A stretch of 61,210 nt of DNA, counting the filler. It is 7 parts of 7 records of this genome, joined end to end, with 100 filler letters (N's around TTAATTAATTAA, not from the genome) between each part and the next. Parts side by side here need not be neighbours in the genome. Positions count along the whole stretch, not along the records: positions 36,799 to 51,741 come from SRR31147125_7862; positions 51,842 to 61,210 come from SRR31147125_7909; 5 more parts are not named here. One strand, written 5' to 3'. Made by a program: the position numbers and the translations under genes. Under the pieces are notes generated by a model. It searched no databases and was not told the origin of the DNA. It worked only from the letters and a program-made list of their open reading frames with translations. Numbering within the stretch: the first letter of the stretch is position 1; each line of letters begins with the position of its first letter. Shown here one piece after another: positions 41,220 through 52,971 of this stretch.

Positions 41220-41426
41220 ATCGATAACCATCCTTTCTTTTCTAAAACTCAAAACAGCCTAGTATAGTTAGTTTAAATCCGCGATAACATTAATTGCGAA
41301 CTCATTTTGTAGCATATTTTCAAGTTTTCTAACTTGTATCCTATGAATAAATTTACCCAGCAATATAATAATACATTGCTGGGAAAAAAACAATTTTATA
41401 TCTATAAATAATATTTTCAGCCCGTA

Positions 41427-41840
41427 TTATTCCATAATGTATTTTTTAATATACTCAGGAATATTCTCAGGTTTAGCACTTACAACAATAATAGCTTTAA
41501 CATTGTTCTTTTTAAGAATAGCGTTTAGATTATTAAATAAAGCTTCCATCTCAACTAAATTTTTATGAACCATGTTTTTAATTCCATCTATAAAAATATG
41601 CGAAATATCGAAATCTTGTGATAACATTCCACATATAAATCCATAAAACATATTTACATCATCAACATTATATTCAGAACTATTAACAAATCTGATTTCA
41701 TGTTTTAGGTCATACATATATCTGTTATCATCATCAACAAATACTACATCACCTTTACCTTCAACTGCAAGTTGGTTTGCCATTTGTACTACTTTTTTTG
41801 ATTTACCACTACCCTTTTCTCCTAAAATCAACTGCACCAT
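41427..41840 (-). CDS. Conserved clostridial small P-loop protein
   Basis: MVQLILGEKGSGKSK, FICGMLSQDFDI..IFIDG. Confidence 0.8.
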   Translation of the reverse strand: MVQLILGEKGSGKSKKVVQMANQLAVEGKGDVVFVDDDNRYMYDLKHEIRFVNSSEYNVDDVNMFYGFICGMLSQDFDISHIFIDGIKNMVHKNLVEMEALFNNLNAILKKNNVKAIIVVSAKPENIPEYIKKYIME

Positions 41841-41957
41841 TGCACCATTTCTCCTTTGATTTATTTGATTATACAAATATCTATTAAACTTTTCTATAAA
41901 AACATTATATACTATTTTCTGCTCTTTTTAAAGATATTATCTTTATTTTTATTAAGC

Positions 41958-42785
41958 TTATTCTATTATAAAAGTTTCACCACAACTCGCATATTCTACT
42001 CTGTCTTTAAAGTGTTTTTTTAGCTTTTTATAAGCACATAAGCCTGTGCAGTGACAAGTATATAATTTTTCAAAACCAATTGTTTCTATTGCGCTAACCA
42101 CTTTTTCAAAATACTCATCCGTACAGTTCATGCCATCACCTTTTGCCATGTGTAAGCCCGCATAAACAGTTCCAATTGGTTTATTGAATCTTTCTTTAAC
42201 TGTATTTAAGATATTAACTATGCCTCTATGGCTACAACTAGATATAACATGAATTTTATCCTTTTTTTCCACGGCTAAGAATGATTCATGTGAAAAGTCG
42301 TCAAGCAAATATTCCTTGCCTTTTTTCATAAGCAATCTATCATCTTGACAGAAAAATTCTCTATCACCTACTGTATCAGAAAGTATATAAACATCACCAA
42401 TTTTATATTCATGTTCTATGGGTCTAACCCTAGATCTATTATTATTAATAGCAGAATTTTTGCTGCTTACTTTCACTTTAAATAACCCAGCTTTAGCATA
42501 ATAGTCTGTTAGTGCATCATCCTTTAAAAATAATTTTGCTTTTTTATTATTTTCAAAGAAATATTTGAATCCGCTTGCGTGATCATAGTGGTTATGCGAT
42601 AAAAAAGAATATTCCACATCAGAAATATCTATGCCTAAGACTTTTGCGTTATGCAAAAACTTTCCACTTGCACCACAATCCAAAAGATACTTTTTGTCGT
42701 TATCTTCTATATACAAGCTCATTCCGTGCTCTTGTTTTAAATCTTTATTGTGATTGACATCATCCATCAAGGATACTATTTTCAT
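41958..42785 (-). CDS. Metallo-beta-lactamase-fold hydrolase
   Basis: EHGMSLYIE, LLDCG, SHNHYDH, CSHRG, GLH and CHCTG. Confidence 0.9.
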   Translation of the reverse strand: MKIVSLMDDVNHNKDLKQEHGMSLYIEDNDKKYLLDCGASGKFLHNAKVLGIDISDVEYSFLSHNHYDHASGFKYFFENNKKAKLFLKDDALTDYYAKAGLFKVKVSSKNSAINNNRSRVRPIEHEYKIGDVYILSDTVGDREFFCQDDRLLMKKGKEYLLDDFSHESFLAVEKKDKIHVISSCSHRGIVNILNTVKERFNKPIGTVYAGLHMAKGDGMNCTDEYFEKVVSAIETIGFEKLYTCHCTGLCAYKKLKKHFKDRVEYASCGETFIIE

Positions 42786-42837
42786 AATTTAATACACTCT
42801 TTTCTTGATTAAAATATTTTTAAAGGCATTCTATTGT

Positions 42838-43359
42838 TTATAACATAATGACCTTTTTAGTTTCAAGTTCATAGTTAGTTGCATATACGTCTACGTCAAA
42901 TTTTGTTCTAATTTCAGATGCCACATATAACGAATTTTCAAGCGTAAGCTCTTTTGCATCAATTTTTTCAAAGTTCGATACTGAATCTAATATTTTTTTG
43001 TATATTACGCCTTGCTTTTTATTTAAAGATAAATCAACAGCACCGCAGTTAGTATGGCTCATAACTACTACTGTTTTCACACCAAACTCTTCTATCGCAA
43101 CCGCTATACTTTCAGCAACAGTTGACGTAAAAACATTGCCCGCAACACGCACGCTAAACAATTCTCCAATATTTTGGTCAAATATATACTCTGGTACAAT
43201 TCTTGAATCGCTGCACGTTAAAATTGCAGCAATTGGAGTCTGACCTTTAGATAGTGATTTTATATACTCATCATCAAGTTTTACATCAGATTCTCCATCA
43301 ATAAACCTTTGGTTTCCAATCAACAGATTTTTCATCGTTTCATTTAAATTATTATCCAT
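42838..43359 (-). CDS. Beta-class carbonic anhydrase
   Basis: CSDSR and HTNCG Zn ligands; GNQRF and RVAGN. Confidence 0.93.
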   Translation of the reverse strand: MDNNLNETMKNLLIGNQRFIDGESDVKLDDEYIKSLSKGQTPIAAILTCSDSRIVPEYIFDQNIGELFSVRVAGNVFTSTVAESIAVAIEEFGVKTVVVMSHTNCGAVDLSLNKKQGVIYKKILDSVSNFEKIDAKELTLENSLYVASEIRTKFDVDVYATNYELETKKVIML

Positions 43360-43421
43360 ATACTAATATTATCAAACAATAAAAAAATTCGCAACACACA
43401 CAATAAGATTGTTTAAATGAA

Positions 43422-43454
43422 TAAAGAGAGCTTAAAATAATATAAAAGCTCTCA
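43422..43454 (-). terminator. Putative terminator of the V-ATPase operon
   Basis: GAGAGCTT / AAGCTCTC stem followed by TTTATT on the minus strand. Confidence 0.55.
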
Positions 43455-43490
43455 CTTAATCAACATACTTAAATTTTCACAAAAAACATA

Positions 43491-44129
43491 CTATGCCTGT
43501 CTTGCATCAATAATGTCTTTCATCTTCATAAGCCTAGTTCTGCTACTACGGTCATTTTCGTCAAGCTTCATAGTAATATATTTAATATTTTCCTTCATTT
43601 CAGGTATCATAACATATTCCAAAGCATTAACTCTTCTTCTTGTCTTTTCAATCTCATCAGCAAGCATATTACATGTTTTTTCAATCTCAGCAAGCTCAAT
43701 CATATTAATAAGCGTATCAGAAAGTTTTGAAATAGAACTGTCTAACTCGGCTGCTGTAAAAGCAAGACCATAAGGAAGAAAAGAATTTTCACTTTTTTCC
43801 TCATCAGCTTCGATCTTTGGCACATCAACACTCATTATGTTCTTTTCAGAAACATCTAATGTAACCTTTTTAGTAGGATATACTAAAGCTTCATCAATTT
43901 GCTCTGTGGTCATAGATGCTCTTGCAAGCAAAAAGCCCTTAAGTGCAGATTCCACCTGATTATCGACTTGTTCACGTAGTATTTTATTTTTTCTGATGAT
44001 CTCCATAAACTGTCTGACCATCTCATCCCTTTTATCTTTTAAAAGCTTATGACCCCTTGTCGCTGTTTTCAAGCGCTTTTTGAGTCTTGTAAGCTCCATT
44101 CTTGTAGGGTTTATCTGTGTTCTAGCCAT
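43491..44129 (-). CDS. ntpD: V/A-type ATPase subunit D
   Basis: NPTRMEL, RGHKLLKDKRD and EIEKTRRRVNALE. Confidence 0.97.
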   Translation of the reverse strand: MARTQINPTRMELTRLKKRLKTATRGHKLLKDKRDEMVRQFMEIIRKNKILREQVDNQVESALKGFLLARASMTTEQIDEALVYPTKKVTLDVSEKNIMSVDVPKIEADEEKSENSFLPYGLAFTAAELDSSISKLSDTLINMIELAEIEKTCNMLADEIEKTRRRVNALEYVMIPEMKENIKYITMKLDENDRSSRTRLMKMKDIIDARQA

Positions 44130-44130
44130 A

Positions 44131-45513
44131 TTATTCCTCTACATAAGGTTTATAGTATTTCTCAATAAATGTATCCTTAATACGCTTTAGCTCTGATTTT
44201 GGTAAGATACCAAGCAGCTCCCAACCAAGGTCAAGAGTTTCTTCAATAGATCTATCTGTTTCGTATCCTTGAGATACATATCTAGTTTCAAATTCATCAG
44301 AAAACTTAGCATACAATTTATCCATATCAGACAGTGCAGCTTCACCCAAGATTACAGATAACTCTTTAGCTTCTTTACCTCTAGCATATGCAGAGAACAA
44401 TTGGTTCATTGTATCCGCATGGTCTTCTCTTGTCTTTTCAGCACCAATACCTTTGTCTTTTAGACGAGAAAGTGAAGGAAGAACATCTACAGGTGGTGTT
44501 AAACCTTTTCTATAAAGGTCACGAGCTAAAATAATCTGTCCTTCTGTAATGTATCCAGTAAGGTCAGGAATTGGATGAGTTTTATCATCTTCTGGCATAG
44601 TTAGAATAGGAATTTGAGTAATTGAACCTTCTCTACCTTTAATTCTACCAGCTCTTTCGTACATTGTAGCTAGGTCAGTATATAAATAACCTGGATATCC
44701 ACGACGACCAGGAACTTCTTTTCTAGCAGCTGAAACTTCACGTAGTGCTTCTGCATAGTTTGTAAGGTCAGTGATTATAACTAAAACATGAAGACCTTTT
44801 TCATATGCCAAGTACTCAGCAGCAGTAAGAGCCATACGTGGCGTAGCAATACGCTCGATAGCTGGGTCATTAGCTAAGTTCATAAACAAAACTGTTCTAT
44901 CAATAGCACCAGTCTTTTTAAAGTCTGATATAAAGAAATCTGCCTCTTCAAACGTAATACCAACAGCAGCAAAAACAACAGCAAAGTTTGAATCGGAGTT
45001 TCTAACCTTTGCTTGTCTAGCAATTTGAGCAGCTAAGTTTGCATGTGGCAAACCAGACCCAGAAAACACAGGCAATTTTTGACCTCTAACCAAAGTGTTC
45101 AGTCCATCAATAGCAGAGATACCAGTTTGGATAAACTCTGAAGGATAGTCACGAGCCGCTGGATTAATTGGGTTACCGTTTATATCCAATCTCTTTTCAG
45201 CAATAATAGCTGGTCCTCCGTCTATCGGATTACCCATTCCGTCAAAAACACGACCAAGCATGTCATACGAAACAGCAAGTTCAATACCACGCCCCAAAAA
45301 TCTTGCCTTTGAAGTTGAAATTTTTAGACCCTGAGAGCCTTCAAATAGCTGAACCAAAGCTTTATCGTTTTCAATCTGTAAAACTCTACCACGACGTCTT
45401 TCGCCATTTTCTTGTTCTATTTCAACCAATTCGTCAAACTTAACTCCATCAACACCTTCGACAAGCATCAACGGACCAACAACTTCCCTGATAGTCTTAT
45501 ATTCCTTAAGCAT
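44131..45513 (-). CDS. ntpB: V/A-type ATPase subunit B
   Basis: [32 protein letters not shown] and [15 protein letters not shown]. Confidence 0.97.
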   Translation of the reverse strand: MLKEYKTIREVVGPLMLVEGVDGVKFDELVEIEQENGERRRGRVLQIENDKALVQLFEGSQGLKISTSKARFLGRGIELAVSYDMLGRVFDGMGNPIDGGPAIIAEKRLDINGNPINPAARDYPSEFIQTGISAIDGLNTLVRGQKLPVFSGSGLPHANLAAQIARQAKVRNSDSNFAVVFAAVGITFEEADFFISDFKKTGAIDRTVLFMNLANDPAIERIATPRMALTAAEYLAYEKGLHVLVIITDLTNYAEALREVSAARKEVPGRRGYPGYLYTDLATMYERAGRIKGREGSITQIPILTMPEDDKTHPIPDLTGYITEGQIILARDLYRKGLTPPVDVLPSLSRLKDKGIGAEKTREDHADTMNQLFSAYARGKEAKELSVILGEAALSDMDKLYAKFSDEFETRYVSQGYETDRSIEETLDLGWELLGILPKSELKRIKDTFIEKYYKPYVEE

Positions 45514-47287
45514 CGACATATCCTCCTTCTTCAATCAATTCAGCGATTTCTTTTTCTAGCTGTTTACCGATTTTTGTATATTCTTCGGATACATCTTTTT
45601 CTTCAATATATTTAGCACGACCAATAAGATCTTTAGATTCTACTCCCATAATCTTAGAAAAATCAACGCCAGCCTTTAATGCGCCTTTTGAAAGGTCATA
45701 GTACTTAATAATCAAAGCAAGTAATCCTGCTTGTTTTTCTGGCGATGTATAAGTATCGATATCATGGAACGCATTTTGATGCAAATAGTCCTCACGAATA
45801 CTTCTTGAAATTTCAAGTTTTAATCTATCATCTAATGAAAGAGCATCAACACCAACAAGTCTAACAATTTCTTCAAGCTCTGATTCTTCTTGAAGCAAAA
45901 TCATTGTTCGAGTTCTTAACTCTTCCCATTTATCAGAAACGTTATTATCAAACCACTCCATCAATCTATCAACATATAATGAATATGATGTTAACCAGTC
46001 GATAGCTGGGAAGTGACGCTTGTAAGCTAACTGAGCAGATAATCCCCAGAATACCTTAACAATACGTAGCGTTGCCTGTGATACTGGTTCTGAAATATCT
46101 CCACCAGGAGGTGAAACAGCACCAATAGCAGTTACAGCACCAGTTCTACCTTCTGAGCCCAAGCACTTAACGATACCAGCTCTTTCATAGAACTCAGCAA
46201 GTCTTGATGAAAGGTATGCAGGATATCCTTCTTCACCAGGCATCTCTTCCAAACGACCACTCATCTCACGAAGAGCTTCAGCCCATCTTGATGTTGAGTC
46301 CGCCATAATCGCAACTTTATAGCCCATATCTCTGAAATACTCAGCAATAGTAATACCTGTATAAATTGAAGCTTCACGAGCCGCAACAGGCATATCTGAT
46401 GTATTTGCAATCAAAACAGTTCTTTTCATAAGAGGCTCACCAGTTTTTGGGTCTTTAAGTTCTGGGAACTCCAAAAGAACATCTGTCATCTCGTTACCAC
46501 GTTCACCGCAACCAACATATACGATGATATCTGCATCAGCCCATTTTGCAAGCTGATGTTGAACAACTGTTTTACCAGATCCAAACGGTCCTGGAACAGC
46601 AGCAACTCCACCTTTTGCAACTGGGAAAAGCGTATCAATAACTCTTTGTCCTGTAACCATAGGCTCATTTGGCGGTAGTTTTTCTGCATAAGTTCTACCT
46701 TTTCTAACTGGCCATTTTTGCATCATAGTTAAGTCTTGCTTGCTTCCATCTTCTTTTACAATAACAGCTACAGTATCTTCAATAGTAGCATTTTTATCAG
46801 AAATAGAATCAATTTTACCAGCGACTCCAACAGGAACCATTATATGATGTCTTACTGCGTTTGTTTCTTGAACATATCCCAAAAAATCACCAGCGATAAC
46901 ATCATCGCCAACTTTAGCTGTGGCAACAAAATCCCATTTGCTATCGCGTGAAAGTGAGTTAACTTGAACTCCTCTTTCAATTCTATCTCCTGCTTTTTCA
47001 ACAATTTTATCTAGTGGACGCTGTATTCCATCGAAAATAGATTCGATAAGACCAGGTCCAAGTTCAACAGACAACGGGTCTCCAGTTGAAGCAACTGGTT
47101 CGCCAGGTCCAAGACCAGACGTTTCTTCATAAACCTGAATAGAAGCCATTTCACCTCTTAGCTCAATAACTTCGCCGATAAGCTCTTTATCACTAACACG
47201 ACAAACATCATACATCTTCGCATCAGCCATACCACGAGCAACAATCAACGGTCCAGAAACTTTTACAATTCTGCCCTCCATAAACAT
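45506..47287 (-). CDS. ntpA: V/A-type ATPase subunit A
   Basis: Walker [26 protein letters not shown] and SPPGGD. Confidence 0.98.
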   Translation of the reverse strand: MFMEGRIVKVSGPLIVARGMADAKMYDVCRVSDKELIGEVIELRGEMASIQVYEETSGLGPGEPVASTGDPLSVELGPGLIESIFDGIQRPLDKIVEKAGDRIERGVQVNSLSRDSKWDFVATAKVGDDVIAGDFLGYVQETNAVRHHIMVPVGVAGKIDSISDKNATIEDTVAVIVKEDGSKQDLTMMQKWPVRKGRTYAEKLPPNEPMVTGQRVIDTLFPVAKGGVAAVPGPFGSGKTVVQHQLAKWADADIIVYVGCGERGNEMTDVLLEFPELKDPKTGEPLMKRTVLIANTSDMPVAAREASIYTGITIAEYFRDMGYKVAIMADSTSRWAEALREMSGRLEEMPGEEGYPAYLSSRLAEFYERAGIVKCLGSEGRTGAVTAIGAVSPPGGDISEPVSQATLRIVKVFWGLSAQLAYKRHFPAIDWLTSYSLYVDRLMEWFDNNVSDKWEELRTRTMILLQEESELEEIVRLVGVDALSLDDRLKLEISRSIREDYLHQNAFHDIDTYTSPEKQAGLLALIIKYYDLSKGALKAGVDFSKIMGVESKDLIGRAKYIEEKDVSEEYTKIGKQLEKEIAELIEEGGYVDA

Positions 47288-47333
47288 ATCCTTCCTTGTG
47301 TCTTTATAAACTACATTTTATTTATTAACTTTT

Positions 47334-47657
47334 TTATTTGCCTTCATCTTGAAAAAGAATATCAGCTCCAATAGCTTTTTCAACATTTTCTCTTATCGCT
47401 TTCATGCCAAGACCCTTGCTACCTTGGTTGTTAGGTATTGGAATAATCGCTGGAAAAGGCGTTGTTTTAAACTTATCAACCGTTTCTTGCGCCATTAATA
47501 CAGCATCTTCGGTCATAAATATAATAGCGTATTTTTGCGCAGCCAATCTGTTGACTGTTTTAGATACTTCTTCATCAGAAGAATAAAAAACATCCAAACC
47601 CAAGGCTTTAAAGCCCATAACGCTATCTTTATCTCCTAAAACCGCAATCTTATACAT
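47334..47657 (-). CDS. V/A-type ATPase subunit F
   Basis: KIAVLGDKDSVMGFKALG and VEKAIGADI. Confidence 0.95.
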   Translation of the reverse strand: MYKIAVLGDKDSVMGFKALGLDVFYSSDEEVSKTVNRLAAQKYAIIFMTEDAVLMAQETVDKFKTTPFPAIIPIPNNQGSKGLGMKAIRENVEKAIGADILFQDEGK

Positions 47658-47672
47658 ATCTATCTTTCCAAT

Positions 47673-48674
47673 CTAATATAACTGCTTCAATCTTTTCAAA
47701 ATATCGTCAGAACCAATACCGTTTAGCATGCTTACCATCAAAAGTCTAACAGCAGCTGCCTCTTGTTCTTTAGCAATCAAGTAAGATATGCTCATAACAT
47801 CCGAAAACATATCAAATCGATCTTTTTTCAATATATCAATTAAATAATCATCTCTTGCCTTTTCAATAAAGAATAAACCAGTATCAGATTTAAACTTTGA
47901 AGCCGCATCTTTTAATATGCTTTCATACCCATATTTATAAAAAGGATTCAAATCGCTTTCTGTTACTTCATCAAAAGCTTTAAGCATATCAGACTTATTA
48001 AATTTACCACCATCAAGCAAAGCGTCATTTAAAACTTCACTGCTGTAACCTGCAAGCTTCAAACGTAATACTACCAGCATATTTGTAAAATCAAAATAGC
48101 ATTCGAAGTATTGTTTGATAGCAACGTTTTTCACATCTTTAAGCACAGTATTTACTTGAATAGAATAAGCTTTATCTAGAATAATTCCAATAAGAGTTGC
48201 ATCTTCATTTATAGCAAACTTACTCGTTAAATCTCTCATAGCGTCTGCCATCTCTTTTGGCAATCTTGAATAATCATTATTTGAAATACTTTCTTTCAAA
48301 ATATCAAATGATAATGTGCCATTTTTCGATATATCCTCATCAGAAAACTCTTTACCTAAAAGATTCAACTTAATTAACGTCTTTGCGTTTAGATAATCAT
48401 ATTTTAGCAAAAATAGATTCAGCAAAGACAAATCAGGACAAACTGATTTTAAAAACTCTATCCCTTTTCTTAATTCGAAATCAACAACCTGTTCAAAATC
48501 AACAATGCTGTTAAGCTCTTTTGCACCATCCGCATATCCTTTATCTTTCAATAAAAGTAAAGCGGCTTCTGGAGTATCTGAATATGATGCATTCGTTATA
48601 TCATCTTCGTTTAAAAGCGTTAGATGTCTAGATTTTATCATTGAGGATGAGAACGGATACGATTTTTTTGCCAT
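47673..48674 (-). CDS. ntpC: V/A-type ATPase subunit C/d
   Basis: Operon position; YDYLNAK, LDKAY and YLIAKEQE..VRLL. Confidence 0.88.
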   Translation of the reverse strand: MAKKSYPFSSSMIKSRHLTLLNEDDITNASYSDTPEAALLLLKDKGYADGAKELNSIVDFEQVVDFELRKGIEFLKSVCPDLSLLNLFLLKYDYLNAKTLIKLNLLGKEFSDEDISKNGTLSFDILKESISNNDYSRLPKEMADAMRDLTSKFAINEDATLIGIILDKAYSIQVNTVLKDVKNVAIKQYFECYFDFTNMLVVLRLKLAGYSSEVLNDALLDGGKFNKSDMLKAFDEVTESDLNPFYKYGYESILKDAASKFKSDTGLFFIEKARDDYLIDILKKDRFDMFSDVMSISYLIAKEQEAAAVRLLMVSMLNGIGSDDILKRLKQLY

Positions 48675-48677
48675 AAT

Positions 48678-49277
48678 CTATTCTCCCTGCTTATTACTAA
48701 ATAAAATATCTGCTACATCAGTTTCAATGCCCTCTCTTAAAAGAGCAGTAACTGCCTCAATACTACAGTCCATCTCCATGCCGTCAAGCTGATATATAAA
48801 ACCACCTTTTTTATCACAAGTTTGGCTAGAAAGATCAACTTTACCATCGCCAAGTTGCTTGTTAACAGCATCTACAAAAGATTTATCAAGTCTTTTAACA
48901 TCATTTTTTGCAACAATAACACTTCCCCTGTTTTCACTTATACATGAAACAAGTAGTTTTTGCATTACTGAGCGATATTTCGCATCATCCATAGCTGCAA
49001 AGTCATCTACTGCTTTTTCAAACGCGTCGTCTAAAACATCACGTTTCATCGCTAAGACATCTTTTTTATACTCTAAATCATAAACAGACTTTACACGTCT
49101 TTTACGCTCTATAGCTTCTTCCTTTGCATGAGACTCAGCATTCTTCATGATATCATCAGATTTTTTATTTGCTTTTGCAATGATTTTAGAAACCTTATCA
49201 GCAGTAGCAGCTTTTTCTTGCTCTGCTCTTTGATTTGCTTCATTTAGAATTTTTTCTATTAATTTAATCTCACTCAA
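48678..49277 (-). CDS. ntpE: V/A-type ATPase subunit E
   Basis: N-terminal coiled coil, GGFIY..G.E.DCS and operon position. Confidence 0.9.
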   Translation of the reverse strand: MSEIKLIEKILNEANQRAEQEKAATADKVSKIIAKANKKSDDIMKNAESHAKEEAIERKRRVKSVYDLEYKKDVLAMKRDVLDDAFEKAVDDFAAMDDAKYRSVMQKLLVSCISENRGSVIVAKNDVKRLDKSFVDAVNKQLGDGKVDLSSQTCDKKGGFIYQLDGMEMDCSIEAVTALLREGIETDVADILFSNKQGE

Positions 49278-49365
49278 AACTTATCTCCTACCGCAACTTG
49301 CGGCTATATATTAGTTTGATTCCTTAAAATATAAGAAACCCTCTTTCCAAATCGTCCTTTTTGTA

Positions 49366-49866
<501 letters not shown>

Positions 49867-49903
49867 CTAATAAACGTAATTAAATTACTTATTTTGAACC
49901 AAA

Positions 49904-51741
49904 TTAATCTTGCTTGTATCTATAATGTTTAAGTTCCATAGTAAGTGGTTTAAATGCTCTTCCCCCACCTTCAAAGAACTTTCCATAAAACTCAATATAT
50001 TGCAATCTACATGAATGAACGTATGCACCAAGTGTATTGATCCCTAAGTTAAATACATGTCCAACTAACAAAACTACTATCGCAAATGGTATCCCAATCC
50101 AGCTTTTCATCAGCATTGAACCAATCGTGTTAAACACCATAGCAATAACACCTGTTGCAAGCCCCATACCAAAGATACGACTATAAGATAGTATATCTGA
50201 TAAATACCCTGTTATTCCGTATAGACTAGATAGTCCACCAACAGCTTTTCCTGCAACACCTTTGTTTGCTCTTCCTGCAAACAATAATAATAATCCTGCA
50301 CCAGCTATTGAAAGATACGTCCCAACTTTTGCATATGTACCGCCAAGTATAAGCATAGGTAAACCTATTAATAAAATAATCCAAGAAACTTGGTCAAAAA
50401 GTGCATCTAATGGTTTTCCTCTTTTTATATTTACACCAGCGGCGATCAATAAACCTACTATAACTTGGAAGAACCCAATACCCAAGCAAAGCCCTAGCAT
50501 CAACATAGGTTCTTTAAGAGGGTTAAACCACAATGGTTGTACATTTATTCCAAACCATCCTCCAAAAACAATACCCCAAAGCAGTGTTGAAACACCACAA
50601 AGAGCAACTACACCAAGTATCTTACCCATCATTCCTGTTGGTTTAGTTTTGAAAAGGATAAACGAACAAGCTAGTGCTAAAATAAGACCGTAACCTGCAT
50701 CACTCATCATCATACCAAAGAATATAAAGTAAAATGGTGCCATAAATATATTAGGATCAATCCCCTTTGCACTTGGAGTATCATACATTTCAGTAATAGC
50801 TTCAAAAGGTCTTGAAAGTTTTCTGTTTTCTATAATCGTTGGATAATTTTCATCATCTTTTGGATCCCTAAACGAAACCAAAATATCATCACTAACTTCG
50901 TATAAAACTTTTTCTACTTCTTGAACCCTATTAGCATTTACCCAACCTTCTAATACAAAAGCGTTTTTAGTATAACCAAAATCTAAGCTAGCATTTTCTC
51001 TTTTCAATTTTAAAGAATAATAATCTTCAAGGCTTTGAAGATCTTTTATTATCTCTGCATACTTTGAAATTTCAGTATTAACTTCATCAATCTTATCTTC
51101 ATACCCTAAAATTTCATTTTGTTCAGTTTTTATTATATTGTTAGGTGTGTCTTCAAAATTTTGATATTTCACTTCTGTAAATCCAAAAGTTTTAACACTA
51201 TTTTTAAATTTCGAAACTTCATCATTATGAATAACAATAAACACAACAAAAGAATCTTTAAGTTCATCTAAAACTTCATAGTAAATAGAATCCTCAAAGC
51301 TATCAAGTTGTTGAATAAATTCTGACTTTTGCTCTAAATTTACAAGCCCAAGAGTAGAATATGTTTTAATATTGCTACCTAGCGCATCAAAAGTATCATC
51401 AAAACTCTTATAAGGTTCTACTTGCATTATAACATTTTTAGAGTGATTGATATTTGATTTTGCCCATGAAAGTTCTCCCGCATATTCTTTTAAAGATTCA
51501 ACAGCCAGTAATTGCTTTCTTTCAAGCTTCTCAAACTCGTCAATATCTTTTATATCAACTTCTGGTCTTACACTAAGCATAGAGCTTTTGCTTTGGTCAA
51601 AAGGTTTTAAAATATCTATTGCAAATCTAATATCAGATAATTTCGTTTCAAGATCAGCGATACTTTCTGTAGAATCGACAATATCAACGCCTTCAAATGT
51701 ATTCGGTGCAATTTCAAGAGCACCTAATCCTTGTAAGGTTT
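49904..51741 (-). CDS. ntpI: V/A-type ATPase subunit I/a (5'-truncated)
   Basis: FFGMMMSDAGYG, DILSYSRI.. and HSCRLQYIEF.GKF; the frame is open to the contig edge. Confidence 0.95.
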
Positions 51742-51841
51742 NNNNNNNNNNNNNNNNNNNNNNNNNNNNNNNNNNNNNNNNNNNNTTAATTAATTAANNN
51801 NNNNNNNNNNNNNNNNNNNNNNNNNNNNNNNNNNNNNNNNN
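51742..51841. other. Artificial contig spacer
   Basis: N44-TTAATTAATTAA-N44. Confidence 0.99.
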
Positions 51842-52953
51842 ACACGCAAATTGTCAATCGCCAATCCTTGTGGTGCCGAACCATATAATCCATTTGTACC
51901 AACACTAAAGTCTAAAGCTCCTGTGGTTCCCCACTGGGTAAATGGGATTCTTATGGTAACCCATTCTCCTTTGGGTGTTTCAGCTAACAGGCCATCGCCG
52001 GCGGAATAATTCCACTGATCACCTAAAACAACCTGAATTCCTGTAAAAGCAGCTCCATCTACTTCGAATGGAATAAACACGTCAAATTTAACGACATAAT
52101 TTTCTGCATTATCAATTGTCCATGACCAGGTAGCTCCGGCGCTGATATTACCCTGATGATTACAATTTAATAACCAATTATCTACAGCATCACCGGTCAT
52201 TCGCAGATAAGTATTTCCGACTTCATTATCGTGAATAATCTCTGTATTTCCACCCCAGGAATTATCCCAGTCACCATTATGGTCGCCATACTGTTCAAAA
52301 TCCATTAAAATGATGGTATTTTCGGTTATTGGATCAACCAAAGAAGGTAGTACAACTTCTTCTTCAAAGAAAATTTCATCGGTAATTAGTTCTGTTCCTG
52401 CCAATGTTATAATTTTCACGCTCCCCATACCTGCAGTAATTCCTGAAGGAACCATAATTTGTAACTCGGTATCAGACTTACGCTTAAAATTTAAAGCATT
52501 AACTACCAAATCTCCGGGAAGTATAACTTGCTGAATTTCGATCAGATTCTCTCCTTTAACAGTAATAACCTCACCAACAGCAACTTCGCCCGGAAAAATC
52601 CGAGTATACTCAGGAACCATAGCTCTTATTTCGTTAGGCGCTTCATATTCGGTATCACCAACTTTTAAAATAATAAAGCCGTCTGTCATTCCTTCGGGAG
52701 CAACCACTGTAATTTGGTTAAAACCTACTTTCTTTAAATCAGTAACAGTAATATTCCCAGGTAAAATTACCGCACTTACGTCCTCGAAATAATTACCGGT
52801 TATTATTATTTCCTGACCGGCAACTACTTTTTCAGGATAAACCTTTTCGATGTAAGTTCCATCCATATTTGAAATTCCTTCATTATCATCATCGCAAGAA
52901 AAAAGTGTAACTAATAATAGTAGAAGAATGAATATCGATTGTATTTTTTTCAT
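51842..52953 (-). CDS. Surface glycan-binding lipoprotein (SGBP-B-like: two IPT/TIG domains plus a Trp-rich CBM-like domain), 3'-truncated
   Basis: Lipobox LFSC followed by acidic DDDNE; G..I.I.G.N repeats; GEWVTIRIPF and IDNLR. Confidence 0.8.
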
Positions 52954-52971
52954 AATTGTGAAATTTAATTA

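Noticed and set aside
41220-41426. T-box or attenuator upstream of thrC-trpS
   Set aside because: I see no T-box consensus (AAGGTGGTACC-like) or Thr-rich leader peptide. There is only a hairpin (CCCAGCAAT/ATTGCTGGG, about 41356-41383) without a proper downstream U-tract.
41958-43359. Functional coupling of carbonic anhydrase and MBL hydrolase to the V-ATPase
   Set aside because: A terminator-like hairpin and a 130-bp gap separate them; adjacency alone is not enough evidence.
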